A stretch of 64,000 nucleotides of DNA, taken from an uncultured bacterium (GTDB lineage Bacteria; Omnitrophota; Omnitrophia; Omnitrophales; Abzuiibacteriaceae). Position numbers and translations under genes: made by a program. A model generated the notes under the pieces. That model ran no database searches. It saw only the letters and a program-made list of their open reading frames with translations, and was not told where the DNA came from. Where the stretch lies: NCBI GenBank assembly GCA_964387845.1, contig CAYLXA010000006.1, positions 135,040-199,039 on the forward strand, in the 5' to 3' direction. Below, in pieces: positions 30,631 through 41,006 of this stretch (positions are counted from its first letter, which is position 1; every line of letters begins with the position of its first letter).

Positions 30631-31379
30631 AAAAAATCTTCATATGCCTTGTATTTTTTATGTTACTGGCAGCGGAACGGTCTGCGGCTGAGGTCCACAA
30701 TTTTGAGCAGTCGTTTGCTCAGGCCAACACAGCTTATCGCGATGGAAATTACAAAGAAGCTTTATCGGTTTATCAAAATTTAGCGAAGCAGATGCAAGAA
30801 GCGGATATTTTTTACAATTTGGGGAACGCGGCGTTCAAAACCAAAGAGCTCGGCCTCGCAATCACGAGTTACGAGCGTGCCCGCCGTCTGGATCCGCGAA
30901 ATCCCGATATTTTAGAAAACCTGAAGCTTGCCAAAAGCCTTGTGGAATACCGCGTGGAAGACAAGCGCAGCTGGTATCATCAGAAAACCGTCGAGCTTCT
31001 GGAATCTGTCCGGTTTGAGGAACTGTTGGCAGTTTCGCTTTCGGTTTATTTGATTCTAGCCGTTTTGGTTTTGGTCAGAATTGCATGGAGACAGCAGCCG
31101 GTTTTAACGGATTTTTCAGTTTTGATACTTTGGGTATTTTTGATTGTTTCGATTCCGACTGCTGCCAAATTTTACAAAATGAAATTTCAACAAAAAGCAA
31201 TTGTGACCAGCGCGCAAGTCAACGCGCGTTTCGCGCCGTCTGACCGGGACAAGGTGGCTTTTCGCCTGACGGAAGGCATTTCGGCGGATGTGGAGGATCA
31301 GGTGGGTGATTGGTACCGCATTGCGCTTGTGAGCGGCGACACCGGCTGGGTTCAGGGAAGTGAAATTGCAATCATATGA
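30627..31379 (+). CDS. BatE-like protein (TPR repeats, TM segments, C-terminal SH3b domain)
   Basis: Signal peptide, TPR ('[16 protein letters not shown]...'), two TM helices, and a C-terminal SH3b-like '[21 protein letters not shown]'. Confidence 0.55.
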   Translation: MKKIFICLVFFMLLAAERSAAEVHNFEQSFAQANTAYRDGNYKEALSVYQNLAKQMQEADIFYNLGNAAFKTKELGLAITSYERARRLDPRNPDILENLKLAKSLVEYRVEDKRSWYHQKTVELLESVRFEELLAVSLSVYLILAVLVLVRIAWRQQPVLTDFSVLILWVFLIVSIPTAAKFYKMKFQQKAIVTSAQVNARFAPSDRDKVAFRLTEGISADVEDQVGDWYRIALVSGDTGWVQGSEIAII

Positions 31380-32566
31380 AAAAGATAAAAAAATTACCAG
31401 ATTCCAAAGGCTATTTTGATCAATTTGGCGGCCGGTTTGTGCCCGAGACGCTGGTAGCAGCGCTTGATCAATTAACATCAGCTTACGGCTGGATTAAGCA
31501 AGATGCGAAATTTCAGCGCGAGCTCAAAACATTGCTCCATGATTATGCGGGGAGGCCCACCGCACTTTATTTTGCGAAGAACCTCACGGAATTTGCACGC
31601 GGCGCCAAAATTTTCCTGAAACGGGAAGACCTTTGCCATACAGGTGCGCATAAAATCAATAATACGATTGCACAAGGTTTGCTCACGACTAAATTGGGCA
31701 AAAAACGGATCGTGGCGGAAACCGGTGCGGGGCAGCACGGTGTCGCTTCGGCGACTGCGGCACGTATTTTTGGGCTCGAGTGCGATGTTTATATGGGCGA
31801 GGAAGATATCGAGCGTCAGGCCTTGAACGTTTACAAAATGAATTTGTTGGGTGCGCGCGTCATTCCGGTGTCGTCGGGCTCCAAAACGCTCAAAGATGCG
31901 ACGAACGAAGCGATCCGCGATTGGGTCGCAAATGTCGACACCACACATTATTTGTTGGGCTCTGCAGTCGGCCCGCACCCCTATCCGATGATGGTACGCG
32001 ATTTTCAATCGGTGATCGGAAAAGAAACCTTACAGCAAACCCGTCAGAAAATTGGGCGCTTGCCGGATGCGTTGGTGGCCTGCGTTGGCGGCGGCAGCAA
32101 CTCGATCGGATTTTTTTATCCCTTTCTCAAGACCAAAGTCAAAATGGTTGGTGTCGAAGCGGCGGGAAAAGGCGTTGGAACGCCTCATCATGCTGCCTCG
32201 CTGGGAAAAGGTTCGGTTGGCGTGCTTCACGGCATGAAAAGTTATTTGCTTCAAAATCAAGACGGGCAAGTTCAGCTCGCGCATTCAATTTCAGCAGGCC
32301 TCGATTATCCGTCGGTCGGCCCCGAGCATGCTTATCTAAAAACAACCAAACGTGTTTCATACGAATCCATTACCGACAAAGAAGCGGTGCGGGCATTTCA
32401 CACGCTGACCCGGCTTGAGGGCATTATGCCGGCGCTGGAATCGGCACATGCCGTGGCGCATGCTTTAAAGCTTGCGAAAAAACTCGGAAAAAATAAATCA
32501 ATCGTCATTTGTCTTTCAGGCCGCGGCGATAAAGACATTCACACCATTCAGAATTCCAAACTTTGA
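31376..32566 (+). CDS. trpB: tryptophan synthase beta chain
   Basis: PLP-lysine motif 'HTGAHKINN' and 'GGGSNSIG'. 396 aa. Confidence 0.92.
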   Translation: MKKIKKLPDSKGYFDQFGGRFVPETLVAALDQLTSAYGWIKQDAKFQRELKTLLHDYAGRPTALYFAKNLTEFARGAKIFLKREDLCHTGAHKINNTIAQGLLTTKLGKKRIVAETGAGQHGVASATAARIFGLECDVYMGEEDIERQALNVYKMNLLGARVIPVSSGSKTLKDATNEAIRDWVANVDTTHYLLGSAVGPHPYPMMVRDFQSVIGKETLQQTRQKIGRLPDALVACVGGGSNSIGFFYPFLKTKVKMVGVEAAGKGVGTPHHAASLGKGSVGVLHGMKSYLLQNQDGQVQLAHSISAGLDYPSVGPEHAYLKTTKRVSYESITDKEAVRAFHTLTRLEGIMPALESAHAVAHALKLAKKLGKNKSIVICLSGRGDKDIHTIQNSKL

Positions 32567-32572
32567 GATCTA

Positions 32573-33364
32573 ATGAACCGCCTTGAACAGTATTTAAAAT
32601 CAGCGCGCAGCAGAAAAGAAAAAATTGTCTGTGCATTCTTGACGCTCGGATTTCCGTCAATTGCTGCTACCGAGAAATTAATTCAGGAGTTCGAAAAATC
32701 CGGCGTCGGAATTTTGGAGCTCGGGTTTCCGTACTCAGATCCGCTCGCGGACGGCCCGACCATCCAATATGCATCCGATCAGGCGCTCAAACGTGCCCAT
32801 ATTCAGCTTCAAGACGCTTTCCGGTTGGTTGCGCGCTTGCGCAAAAAGGGCGCACGAATTCCGATTGTTTTTTTCTCGTACGTAAACCCGATTCTTAATT
32901 TCGGTTTTACAAAATTTGCCGCCAAAATCAAGCAATCCGGTTTCGACGGCCTGATTGTTCCGGATTTACAGCCGGATGAAGCGCATGCCATGGAAAAAAT
33001 ATGCCGCAGGAAGAAAGTGTCGCTCGTCCATTTGATTGCACCGACGACCGAATCAAAGCGAATGAAACAAATCGCCGCCCGTTCGCAGAGTTTTATTTAT
33101 TATGTGTCGCTTCGCGGCGTAACCGGTGCGCGGCAAAAATTAGCGAAAGATTTAAAAACCAATATCGCCAAAATCAAGCGTGCGACCAAGAAGCCGGTGT
33201 TGGTCGGTTTCGGCGTTTCATCGCCGGCTCACGTGAGGCAGATTTGCAAATTCGCCGATGGTGTTATCGTCGGCAGTGCGATCATTGATTCGATCCGGAA
33301 AAGCGGCGGTAATTTAACAAAAACCGTCAGGTTTGCAAATGCGCTGGTCCGGGCTGCGCGATGA
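32573..33364 (+). CDS. trpA: tryptophan synthase alpha chain
   Basis: TIM-barrel TrpA signatures 'LELGFPYSDPLADGP' and 'GFGVSSPAHV'. Confidence 0.88.
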   Translation: MNRLEQYLKSARSRKEKIVCAFLTLGFPSIAATEKLIQEFEKSGVGILELGFPYSDPLADGPTIQYASDQALKRAHIQLQDAFRLVARLRKKGARIPIVFFSYVNPILNFGFTKFAAKIKQSGFDGLIVPDLQPDEAHAMEKICRRKKVSLVHLIAPTTESKRMKQIAARSQSFIYYVSLRGVTGARQKLAKDLKTNIAKIKRATKKPVLVGFGVSSPAHVRQICKFADGVIVGSAIIDSIRKSGGNLTKTVRFANALVRAAR

Positions 33365-33795
33365 TTTATTTGGGGCTTGATTACGGCGAAAAACGGATCG
33401 GCGTTGCATGTTCGGATGAAACCGGATTAATCGCGGAGCCGCTTGGTTTTATCGAAGTGACCGGATTTAAAAAGGTCAAGGCCGAGCTTAAGAAATATTT
33501 GAGCGAGATGCGCGCAGAACAAATTGTGGTAGGGCTTCCGGTTACGACTAAAAACGAAATCGGAAAACAGGCAACGGTCGTACTTGAATTTGTTGCCAAA
33601 CTGAAAAAAGAGCTGCCGTGTGAAATTGTCACATGGGATGAGCGGTTTACGACCAAAGAAGCGGATCGCGTTTTGCGCGAAACGGAGACTGCCATTCGTG
33701 ACCGGAAAGCCCGGCGAGATGCGCTGGCAGCGCAATTCATGCTTCAAAATTTTCTCGATTTTCAAAGGATGAAAAGTACAAATGTATCAAATTAG
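33361..33795 (+). CDS. ruvX: Holliday junction resolvase-like protein RuvX/YqgF
   Basis: 'LGLDYGEKRIGVACSD' RNase H-like N-terminus. 144 aa. Confidence 0.85.
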   Translation: MIYLGLDYGEKRIGVACSDETGLIAEPLGFIEVTGFKKVKAELKKYLSEMRAEQIVVGLPVTTKNEIGKQATVVLEFVAKLKKELPCEIVTWDERFTTKEADRVLRETETAIRDRKARRDALAAQFMLQNFLDFQRMKSTNVSN

Positions 33796-35053
33796 CAAAC
33801 TGGGTAACGGTGCACGGATTCTGACGGTTAACCTCGAGAACCGGAACTCGGTTGGGATGGGAATTTGGGTCAAAGTCGGTGCGCGTTTTGAGCCGCAACG
33901 GATTTCTGGTGTCTCGCACTGCCTTGAACACATGCTGTTCAAAGGGACGAAACACCGCTCGACGCAAAAAATTAAAGCCGATGTCGAAGGCGTGGGCGGC
34001 ATGCTGAATGCTTTTACCGGGGAGGAATCGACGTGTTATTTCGTTAAAATCATGAAGGATCACGCCAATCGCGCGTTCGATGTATTGGCTGATATGATGA
34101 ATCACGCGACGCTGGATGCAAAGGAGCTCGAAAAAGAGCGGACGGTTATTTTGGAAGAAATTAAAATGTATTTGGATCTGCCGTCTCATCATGTGCATGA
34201 GCTCATGGGCGAACTTTTGTGGCCCGAGCAGTCGCTCGGCCGGCCGATCGCGGGATCTGTTGATACCGTGTCGCGCTTGACGCAATCGGAGCTCAAGACG
34301 TTTCGGGATAAATATTATCACCCGCGCAATCTCCTGATTTCGTTTTCGGGCGAAGTGCCCCATGACGAAGTCTGCGCAAGAGTGGGAGAATATTTCGGAA
34401 ACCGGAAATCAAGAGACAGTTCAAAATTTGAGCCTTCCAAATCAATTCAGAAAAGCCCGCGGTTCCGTTTCATTAATAAAAAGACCGAGCAAATGCATTT
34501 TGTGGTCGGGTTTCACGGCCTCTCGCGCAATGACCCCGACCGGTATAAACTTGCGGTTTTGAATGTGATTTTAGGAGCCAATATGAGCTCGCGGTTATTT
34601 GAAGAGGTCCGCGAAAAGCGCGGGCTTGCGTATGAAATCCGCTCAAGTTTAAGTTTTTATGAAGACGCAGGCGCTATCACGGTTTCGGCAGGCGTTGAGC
34701 CTAAAAAGGCGGTGCTGGCCACGCATGTCATCATGCGAGAGCTGCGGCGCCTGAAGCACGGTTTGGTTTCAAAGGGCGAGCTTCAGCGTGCGAAAGATTA
34801 TTTTGTCGGTAATTTTTTCCTCGGCCTTGAAGACACGCTCGATCATATGCTTTGGCTCGGTGACCGCATGATTTACCGGGACGATCTTCCCAATCAGGAA
34901 GAGATTTGCGCTAAAATCCAGTCAGTCACGAGTGACGATGTTCGGAGTCTTGCGAATAAGATTTTTAGAACCAAAAATTTAAATTATTCATTGATAGGGT
35001 CTTATAACGGCCGCTTTGAAAAACAAATCGAACGGGAGTGTCATTGTGACTAA
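33782..35053 (+). CDS. M16 family (pitrilysin/insulinase-like) zinc peptidase
   Basis: Inverted zincin motif 'HCLEHMLFKGT' (HxxEH) with a downstream E. Confidence 0.8.
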   Translation: MYQISKLGNGARILTVNLENRNSVGMGIWVKVGARFEPQRISGVSHCLEHMLFKGTKHRSTQKIKADVEGVGGMLNAFTGEESTCYFVKIMKDHANRAFDVLADMMNHATLDAKELEKERTVILEEIKMYLDLPSHHVHELMGELLWPEQSLGRPIAGSVDTVSRLTQSELKTFRDKYYHPRNLLISFSGEVPHDEVCARVGEYFGNRKSRDSSKFEPSKSIQKSPRFRFINKKTEQMHFVVGFHGLSRNDPDRYKLAVLNVILGANMSSRLFEEVREKRGLAYEIRSSLSFYEDAGAITVSAGVEPKKAVLATHVIMRELRRLKHGLVSKGELQRAKDYFVGNFFLGLEDTLDHMLWLGDRMIYRDDLPNQEEICAKIQSVTSDDVRSLANKIFRTKNLNYSLIGSYNGRFEKQIERECHCD

Positions 35054-35702
35054 AAAACCGGATTATTTGATCGCACCGAGCATTTTGTCAGCCGATTTCA
35101 GCAAGCTGGGCTCCGAAATTTCGGAAGTTGAAAAAGCAGGCTGCGATATCATCCATGTCGATGTGATGGACGGTCATTTTGTTCCGAATTTGACCATCGG
35201 TCCTGTCGTGATTTCCTGGATCCGCAAGATCACGAAATTGCCGCTTGATGTCCATTTGATGATTGACGAGCCGATCCGTTACGTCAACGAATTCCGGAAA
35301 GCCGGCTCAGATTGGATCACGGTGCACGTCGAAGCGTGCAAGGATGTCAAAAAGACGCTCAAAGAAATTAAAAATTTAGGCGCCCGATGCGGAATTTCGC
35401 TTCGGCCCAAAACACCGCTGAGTGCGATTGAACCGTATCTGGCCGATCTTGATTTGGTGCTGGTCATGACCGTAGAGCCCGGCTTCGGCGGCCAAAGTTT
35501 CATGCCGGACATGATGGATAAAGTCCGGATGCTCAAAAAACAGTTCAAAGGGCATATTTCGGTAGACGGAGGTATTAGCGCCGAGACCATTCAGGTGACG
35601 CGGGATGCCGGCGCTAGCGTGTTTGTCGCAGGCAGCGCGATTTTCGGCGGTTCCGACCGGAAGCAAAAAGTCGCCGAACTTCGCCGCGCTCTCGAGTCGT
35701 GA
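35016..35702 (+). CDS. rpe: ribulose-phosphate 3-epimerase
   Basis: 'HVDVMDGHFVPNLTIGP' and 'MTVEPGFGGQ' are Rpe signatures. The start is ambiguous (TTG 35016 or GTG 35046). Confidence 0.85.
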   Translation: MKNKSNGSVIVTKKPDYLIAPSILSADFSKLGSEISEVEKAGCDIIHVDVMDGHFVPNLTIGPVVISWIRKITKLPLDVHLMIDEPIRYVNEFRKAGSDWITVHVEACKDVKKTLKEIKNLGARCGISLRPKTPLSAIEPYLADLDLVLVMTVEPGFGGQSFMPDMMDKVRMLKKQFKGHISVDGGISAETIQVTRDAGASVFVAGSAIFGGSDRKQKVAELRRALES

Positions 35703-35706
35703 TGTA

Positions 35707-37491
35707 ATGGACCCTGCCAAGATCCGCAATTTTTCCATCATTGCACATATTGATCACGGCAAGTCTACGCTCGCAGACCGCTTCTTGCTGATCACCAAGG
35801 CGATTTCAGCGCGTGAATTTCAGGCACAGTTTTTGGATGATATGGATTTGGAGCGCGAGCGCGGCATCACGATCAAGGCGCGGACGGTGCGGATTAAATA
35901 CAAAAATCATCTCATTAATCTTATCGATACGCCGGGCCACATTGATTTTACCTACGAAGTTTCAAAGAGCCTTTCTGCTTGCGAAGGCGTCTTGCTTCTG
36001 GTGGATGCATCGCAGGGGATCCAGGCGCAAACCATCACGAATTTATATTTGGCGCTCGAAGCCAATCTGGTGATTATTCCGGTTATTACGAAAATCGATC
36101 TGCCGAATGCGGATTTGGAAAAGACAAAGCATGAAATTGAAAAATTGACATCCATTTCCGAGAAAGAAATTCTGATTTGCAGCGCAAAATCAGGGGAGGG
36201 CGTTGAAGAAATTTTAAATGCGATTATTGAGCGTATTCCGCCGCCGACCGGAAATGCCCAAGCGCCTGCCAAGGCATTGATTTTTGATTCGAAATATGAT
36301 TCCTACAAAGGGGTTTTGATTTATATGCGCGTGATGGACGGAAAGTTTGAGCTCAAACAAAAAAGCCGGATGATGGGAACCGGGTTTGCTTATGATATTG
36401 AAGAGCTCGGCGTTTTTAATCCGCACATGGAGGCTGTCGGCGAGCTCGGTGTCGGCGAGGTGGGTTATATGGGCGGCAGCATCAAGGATGTGACGCATGT
36501 GCGCGTTGGGGACACGCTCACGCTTGACAATAATCCTTGCGCAGAACCGCTGCCCGGATACAAGCCGGTCCAGCACATGGTTTTTTGCGGCCTTTATCCG
36601 ATTAATTCCAAGGATTACATACCCCTGCGCGAAGCTTTGGATAAATTAAGGTTGAATGATTCTTCATTTTCGTATGAACCGGAAACATCGGCGTCGCTCG
36701 GCCTCGGTTTTCGCTGCGGCTTTTTGGGGCTTTTGCATATGGATGTTATTCGCGAGAGGCTTGAGCGCGAGTTTAATCTCAGCTTGCTCATTACCGCACC
36801 CAACGTGATGTATCAGATCATGAAAACAAACGGCGAAATTATGACGCTCGACAATCCCACCAAGATGCCTGCGCCGCAACACATCGAATCGATGGATGAG
36901 CCGTTCATTCGTGCGCGGATTCTGCTACCCACAGCTTCGCTTGGCGCTGTCATGAAGTTGTGTCAGGAGCGGCGTGGTGATTACAAAGGAACGGAATATT
37001 TGGATCCGACACGCGCGATGTTGACTTATGAAATTCCGTTCTCCGAAGTTCTCATTGATTTTTATGACAAAATTAAATCACTGACGAGCGGTTATGGCTC
37101 GCTCAACTATGAGCTGATCGGCTATAAACCCTCAGAGCTTGTGAAATTAGATATATTGATCAACAGCGAACCGGTCGATGCATTATCCACGATCACGGTC
37201 CGCGAAAAAGCGTATTTTCGCGGCAAGGCGCTGGTTGAAAAATTAAAAGAAGTGATCCCGCGTCAATTATTTGAAGTGGTGATTCAAGCCGCGATTGGTT
37301 CCAAGATCATTGCACGCGATTCTCTCCGAGCGATGGGAAAAAACGTGACGGCCAAATGTTACGGCGGTGATATTACGCGAAAGCGAAAATTGTGGGAACG
37401 TCAGAAAGAAGGCAAGAAGCGCATGAAGCGCATCGGGCATGTGGATTTGCCGCAGGAAGCGTTTATTTCTATTTTAAAAATTGAAGGATAA
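35707..37491 (+). CDS. lepA: elongation factor 4
   Basis: 'IRNFSIIAHIDHGKSTLADR' G1 motif and 'DTPGHIDF'. It has LepA-specific C-terminal domain length. ATG 35707 directly follows the rpe stop. Confidence 0.92.
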   Translation: MDPAKIRNFSIIAHIDHGKSTLADRFLLITKAISAREFQAQFLDDMDLERERGITIKARTVRIKYKNHLINLIDTPGHIDFTYEVSKSLSACEGVLLLVDASQGIQAQTITNLYLALEANLVIIPVITKIDLPNADLEKTKHEIEKLTSISEKEILICSAKSGEGVEEILNAIIERIPPPTGNAQAPAKALIFDSKYDSYKGVLIYMRVMDGKFELKQKSRMMGTGFAYDIEELGVFNPHMEAVGELGVGEVGYMGGSIKDVTHVRVGDTLTLDNNPCAEPLPGYKPVQHMVFCGLYPINSKDYIPLREALDKLRLNDSSFSYEPETSASLGLGFRCGFLGLLHMDVIRERLEREFNLSLLITAPNVMYQIMKTNGEIMTLDNPTKMPAPQHIESMDEPFIRARILLPTASLGAVMKLCQERRGDYKGTEYLDPTRAMLTYEIPFSEVLIDFYDKIKSLTSGYGSLNYELIGYKPSELVKLDILINSEPVDALSTITVREKAYFRGKALVEKLKEVIPRQLFEVVIQAAIGSKIIARDSLRAMGKNVTAKCYGGDITRKRKLWERQKEGKKRMKRIGHVDLPQEAFISILKIEG

Positions 37492-37496
37492 AAATA

Positions 37497-38135
37497 ATGC
37501 AAATCATCATCGGCTTCGCGGCCATTGCTATTTTGGTTTTGTACCGTAAACAAATTTTGGCAGATATTGCTTTTTTGAGATCCAAACCGAAAGAATGGCT
37601 GCGGCACAAATGGAAGGAGTGGGGCGAGCCGCTCGTGATCGCCGGTATTTTGGCTCTCGCCATCCGCACGTATGTTATAGGCCCCTACAAAATTCCAACC
37701 GGCTCCATGCGGCCGACGTTAATGGAAGGTGACCGTATTTTTGTCGACAAAATCACTTACCGGTTCCGAGGGCCCGAGCGCGGCGAAATTGTCGTATTTA
37801 AATATCCGCTGGACCTGAAGAAAGATTTTGTGAAGCGTTTGGTTGCCTTTGGCGGTGAAACGGTGGAAATCAGGGATGGAAATCTTTATGTTAACGGGAA
37901 AAAGCTCGACAGCGAGCCTTTAATTCAGGGCCGGTATTACTACAACCGTTCCGATTGGGATTACGGCAAAGAAGGCCAGCTTGTGACCGTGCCGGAGGGG
38001 TCTTTATTTGTCCTTGGGGATAACAGTGCGCATTCAAGCGATAGCCGGAACTGGGGTTTTGTGCCCGAGAAGGATTTGGTCGGGCGAGCGGTGGTCATTT
38101 GGTGGCCGCCAAAGCGCGTCGGTTTTACTAAGTAG
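37497..38135 (+). CDS. lepB: signal peptidase I
   Basis: 'GSMRPTL' serine box and 'VLGDNSAHSSDSRNWGFVP' box E. The lepA-lepB linkage is conserved. Confidence 0.88.
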   Translation: MQIIIGFAAIAILVLYRKQILADIAFLRSKPKEWLRHKWKEWGEPLVIAGILALAIRTYVIGPYKIPTGSMRPTLMEGDRIFVDKITYRFRGPERGEIVVFKYPLDLKKDFVKRLVAFGGETVEIRDGNLYVNGKKLDSEPLIQGRYYYNRSDWDYGKEGQLVTVPEGSLFVLGDNSAHSSDSRNWGFVPEKDLVGRAVVIWWPPKRVGFTK

Positions 38136-38278
38136 GCTCACCAGTCTTCTTGCCGCAAAATTATTACGATTCTCTATTAATATTTCCGGTATGCTGCCGT
38201 TAAGTAATACCACAACGCTTTTATTGAAAACCAACGTTTATTTTATAAAGATTTATCACATAAAAAGGAGTTCACAGT

Positions 38279-38857
38279 ATGGCCCAAGAAGAATTGTTTA
38301 AGGATGATTCGAGCGCATGGCAAACCGCAAACCGCACTTCATTTTTTTCAACCAAGCAATGGACCATCGGCCTCGATAAAATTATTCTTCTGATGATTGT
38401 GACCATGATTTTCTTCGTCCTGTCTTATTCTTTCGGTTATGAGCGCGGCCGCCATTCTATGGAAGAGAAAATGCGGGAACTGACCAAGCAAATCGAAACA
38501 CTTCCCGTGGTTCCCGAACCGCAGCAAATAGTTGTTCAAGAGGATGCTCCTGAAAACGCGCAGGTCTCACCGGCCTTAAGCGCCCCCGAAACTGCTTCTG
38601 ACGCGCAAGCCATTGATCTCCAAAACGGCAAGTACACCATTCAACTTGCTACTGTTTTACAAAAGGACCGTGCGGAAGAACAGATCAAATCACTCGAGAA
38701 AAAAGGGATTAAAGCATTCATTTTAGTTCGTGGGAAGTACTATGAAATCTGTTCCGGTTCTTTCGCAACCGCTAGCAGCGCAAAAGGGCCGCTCAATCAG
38801 ATTCATTCCGAAGGCCGTTTTTCGGATGCTTTCATCCGCCCGCTTCCGCAAGCGTAG
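38279..38857 (+). CDS. SPOR domain-containing membrane protein
   Basis: TM helix, then a C-terminal 'YTIQLATVLQKDRAEEQIKSLEKKGIKAFI...' SPOR-like fold. RBS AAAAGGAG. Confidence 0.55.
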   Translation: MAQEELFKDDSSAWQTANRTSFFSTKQWTIGLDKIILLMIVTMIFFVLSYSFGYERGRHSMEEKMRELTKQIETLPVVPEPQQIVVQEDAPENAQVSPALSAPETASDAQAIDLQNGKYTIQLATVLQKDRAEEQIKSLEKKGIKAFILVRGKYYEICSGSFATASSAKGPLNQIHSEGRFSDAFIRPLPQA

Positions 38858-38964
38858 TCCGGACAGTTTATTTTTAGCTTATTTTAAGCCGAAATATACC
38901 TAGCCAACCTCTGAGTTCCTGAGTATAATAACCTCCGTTATTTCATTTTTTTAAGGAGAAAAGC

Positions 38965-39246
38965 ATGTCGCAGCATACCAGTTTAAAAGTGGCTAGTGTC
39001 GGTAAAAAACATCGAAATGTGTTGAAGCGCTATGAGCGGATCAAGCGTCTCAAGGAAACCGAAAAATGGGGCGGTCGCCAATCTGCCTATGGTCTTCCAA
39101 AGATTAAATCGATGAAAATCAAGGTCCGCAAAGCTAAATCTGAGAAGGCGGAAGAAGCAGAGGGCGCAGCAGGAACTGCTGCAGCGCCGGCAAAAGCAGC
39201 CGCACCAGCAGCTCCCGCGGCAAAAGCAAAAGCACCGGCAAAATAA
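38965..39246 (+). CDS. small basic protein with Ala/Lys/Pro-rich histone H1-like tail (putative nucleoid-associated)
   Basis: 93 aa, very basic, C-terminus 'AAPAKAAAPAAPAAKAKAPAK'. Strong RBS AAGGAGAA. Confidence 0.5.
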   Translation: MSQHTSLKVASVGKKHRNVLKRYERIKRLKETEKWGGRQSAYGLPKIKSMKIKVRKAKSEKAEEAEGAAGTAAAPAKAAAPAAPAAKAKAPAK

Positions 39247-39257
39247 CACGTTGACTC

Positions 39258-39725
39258 ATGGTCAAAATCCGAAAGTTTCAATCCGGGGATGAGCAGGCGG
39301 TTAAAGATCTGATTGCTGGAATCATGAATCAGGAATTTCCGCAGAGTTTGTCGGCTTTTCCGCTGGATGACCTCAACCACATTCAGGATGTTTATGGAAA
39401 GCTCGGAGAAGCTTTTTTTGTTGCTGAGAATAGCCATAAAATCATCGGAACGGTTGGAGTTAAACGCGAAGATGACCGGATTGCGCTTTTAAGGCGCATC
39501 TTTGTCGCGCCGGAATATCGAAAGCAGAAAATCGGTATCCAATTAGTAGAGCGCGCAATCGAGTTCTGTCAGGAAGTCGGTTATCAAGAAGTTGTATTTA
39601 AAAGTTCTTCGAAGATGGACGGCGCTATCCGGCTTTGCCAAAAAAAAGGATTCCACCAACGCGCCAAGCTGGAAATGGGCGGTATGGAATTGTTGAAATT
39701 TGTTCTGGCCTTCAATCACAGTTAA
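39258..39725 (+). CDS. GNAT family N-acetyltransferase
   Basis: 'RRIFVAPEYRKQKIGIQLVERAIEF' acetyl-CoA binding motif A. Confidence 0.7.
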   Translation: MVKIRKFQSGDEQAVKDLIAGIMNQEFPQSLSAFPLDDLNHIQDVYGKLGEAFFVAENSHKIIGTVGVKREDDRIALLRRIFVAPEYRKQKIGIQLVERAIEFCQEVGYQEVVFKSSSKMDGAIRLCQKKGFHQRAKLEMGGMELLKFVLAFNHS

Positions 39726-39793
39726 ATTAAAGCGTATCCGCCGAGCTGCATCCCGCATTCATCATTATTGAGACCAAAAAGTTGGATATCAGC

Positions 39794-40642
39794 ATGTGGT
39801 TTTCGAAGCAAAAAGAAAAAGACGAGCCGCTTAAAGTACTGAAAGAAAGAGAAATTCAGGAAAAGCTTTACGGCCGCTTCCGTAAGCCGTATCCCGAAAC
39901 GGTTTCCGGCGATGCCAATTCCGGCATGCCGGAGAATCAGACGGCGACTATCACCGCGCAGCCAAAACCCGCAATTTCGATAGAGCCGCCAAAACCAAAA
40001 GAAGCAAGCCAGTCCAGGCCTTCAATTAATTCTACGTATCAAACCAAAACGTCAGCCGCGTCTGAAAGTTACCGTCAGGCCGCAATTCCGCGATCGAGCC
40101 GCTCACTCCGGATTTTGAATATTCCGGTTATGATCAAGCTTTTAGGTTTCGTCGTTTTGAGCATCGTGGTTTTCTTTGCTGCTTGGTGGTTTGCTATCCA
40201 GTTTCATCGCAGCAAGTCGCCTGTGAACGAACAGCCGGTACGCGAAGGGGTTTCAACGCTCGTGGCACCCGCGCCGCAAGCGTATTCAGGAAAGCCCTCC
40301 TCATCCGAAACGGCGTCACGGGTCGATCAAATTGAAAAAGTCGAGCCCGCATCTGGCAGTCCAAGTGCGAACGAGCCGGCACTGCCTAGCAACTTTTACT
40401 CAATTCAGATCTGTACCTACTATTCGGAATCCGATGCCAACAAATTAATCGAAGAAATGAAGGCGCTCAATATTCCTGCCTTTCACCGGACGTCGGGAAT
40501 CCGGGGATCTGATTCCAAGTTGCATATGGTGATGCTGGGTAAAGATGCCACATTCCAAGAAGCGCAAAAGCGGCTGGAGCAATTTCAAAAAACCGAAATT
40601 TCTAAAAAGTTTCTTGATGCATACGTGAGGAGGGTGTCGTAA
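39794..40642 (+). CDS. SPOR domain-containing membrane protein
   Basis: A central TM and a C-terminal 'YSIQICTYYSESDANKLIEEMKALNIPAF' SPOR-like fold. Confidence 0.5.
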   Translation: MWFSKQKEKDEPLKVLKEREIQEKLYGRFRKPYPETVSGDANSGMPENQTATITAQPKPAISIEPPKPKEASQSRPSINSTYQTKTSAASESYRQAAIPRSSRSLRILNIPVMIKLLGFVVLSIVVFFAAWWFAIQFHRSKSPVNEQPVREGVSTLVAPAPQAYSGKPSSSETASRVDQIEKVEPASGSPSANEPALPSNFYSIQICTYYSESDANKLIEEMKALNIPAFHRTSGIRGSDSKLHMVMLGKDATFQEAQKRLEQFQKTEISKKFLDAYVRRVS

Positions 40643-41004
40643 TGTGGGCGGGGCTTGAGAGCAGAAAGTTTCCTAGAGTAAAGGCGAGTTGTAAAATATT
40701 TCTTCAGCACGGATCGGACGTTCAGCCGGTGAAAGCGTCGACTGAAAATTTGGGCGCCGGCGGTCTGTGTATTTTTTTGGATCGTCCCCTCGATAAAATG
40801 TCGAACGTCAAAATAGAACTTGATTTACAAGACGGAAAAAATCCGATCCAATGTTCCGGCCGAGTGGTTTGGACGGTACGGAAGCGTTCGTTTAAGGCAG
40901 GCGAAGAGGGGCATGATATCGGAATAGAGTTTGTCAATTTGCCCGAGACGGATTTGAGCCGGATCTCCGCTCTAGTAAGCCGCACCGGCACTGCAAAAAA
41001 ATAA
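40642..41004 (+). CDS. PilZ domain protein (c-di-GMP effector)
   Basis: 'FPRVKASCKI' (RxxxR-like) and 'TENLGAGGLCI' (DxSxGG-like) boxes. 120 aa. GAGGAGGG RBS. Confidence 0.55.
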   Translation: MWAGLESRKFPRVKASCKIFLQHGSDVQPVKASTENLGAGGLCIFLDRPLDKMSNVKIELDLQDGKNPIQCSGRVVWTVRKRSFKAGEEGHDIGIEFVNLPETDLSRISALVSRTGTAKK

Positions 41005-41006
41005 CT

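Noticed and set aside
31478-32418. Long antisense or alternate-frame ORFs inside trpB (31478-32008 minus; 31780-32418 plus, 212 aa)
   Set aside because: They overlap a high-confidence trpB frame (PLP motif HTGAHKINN) and have no motifs or RBS. They are typical shadow ORFs.
33737-34363. 208-aa minus-strand ORF opposite the M16 peptidase gene
   Set aside because: It lies fully inside a well-supported + strand gene carrying the HxxEH zinc motif. It is a shadow ORF.
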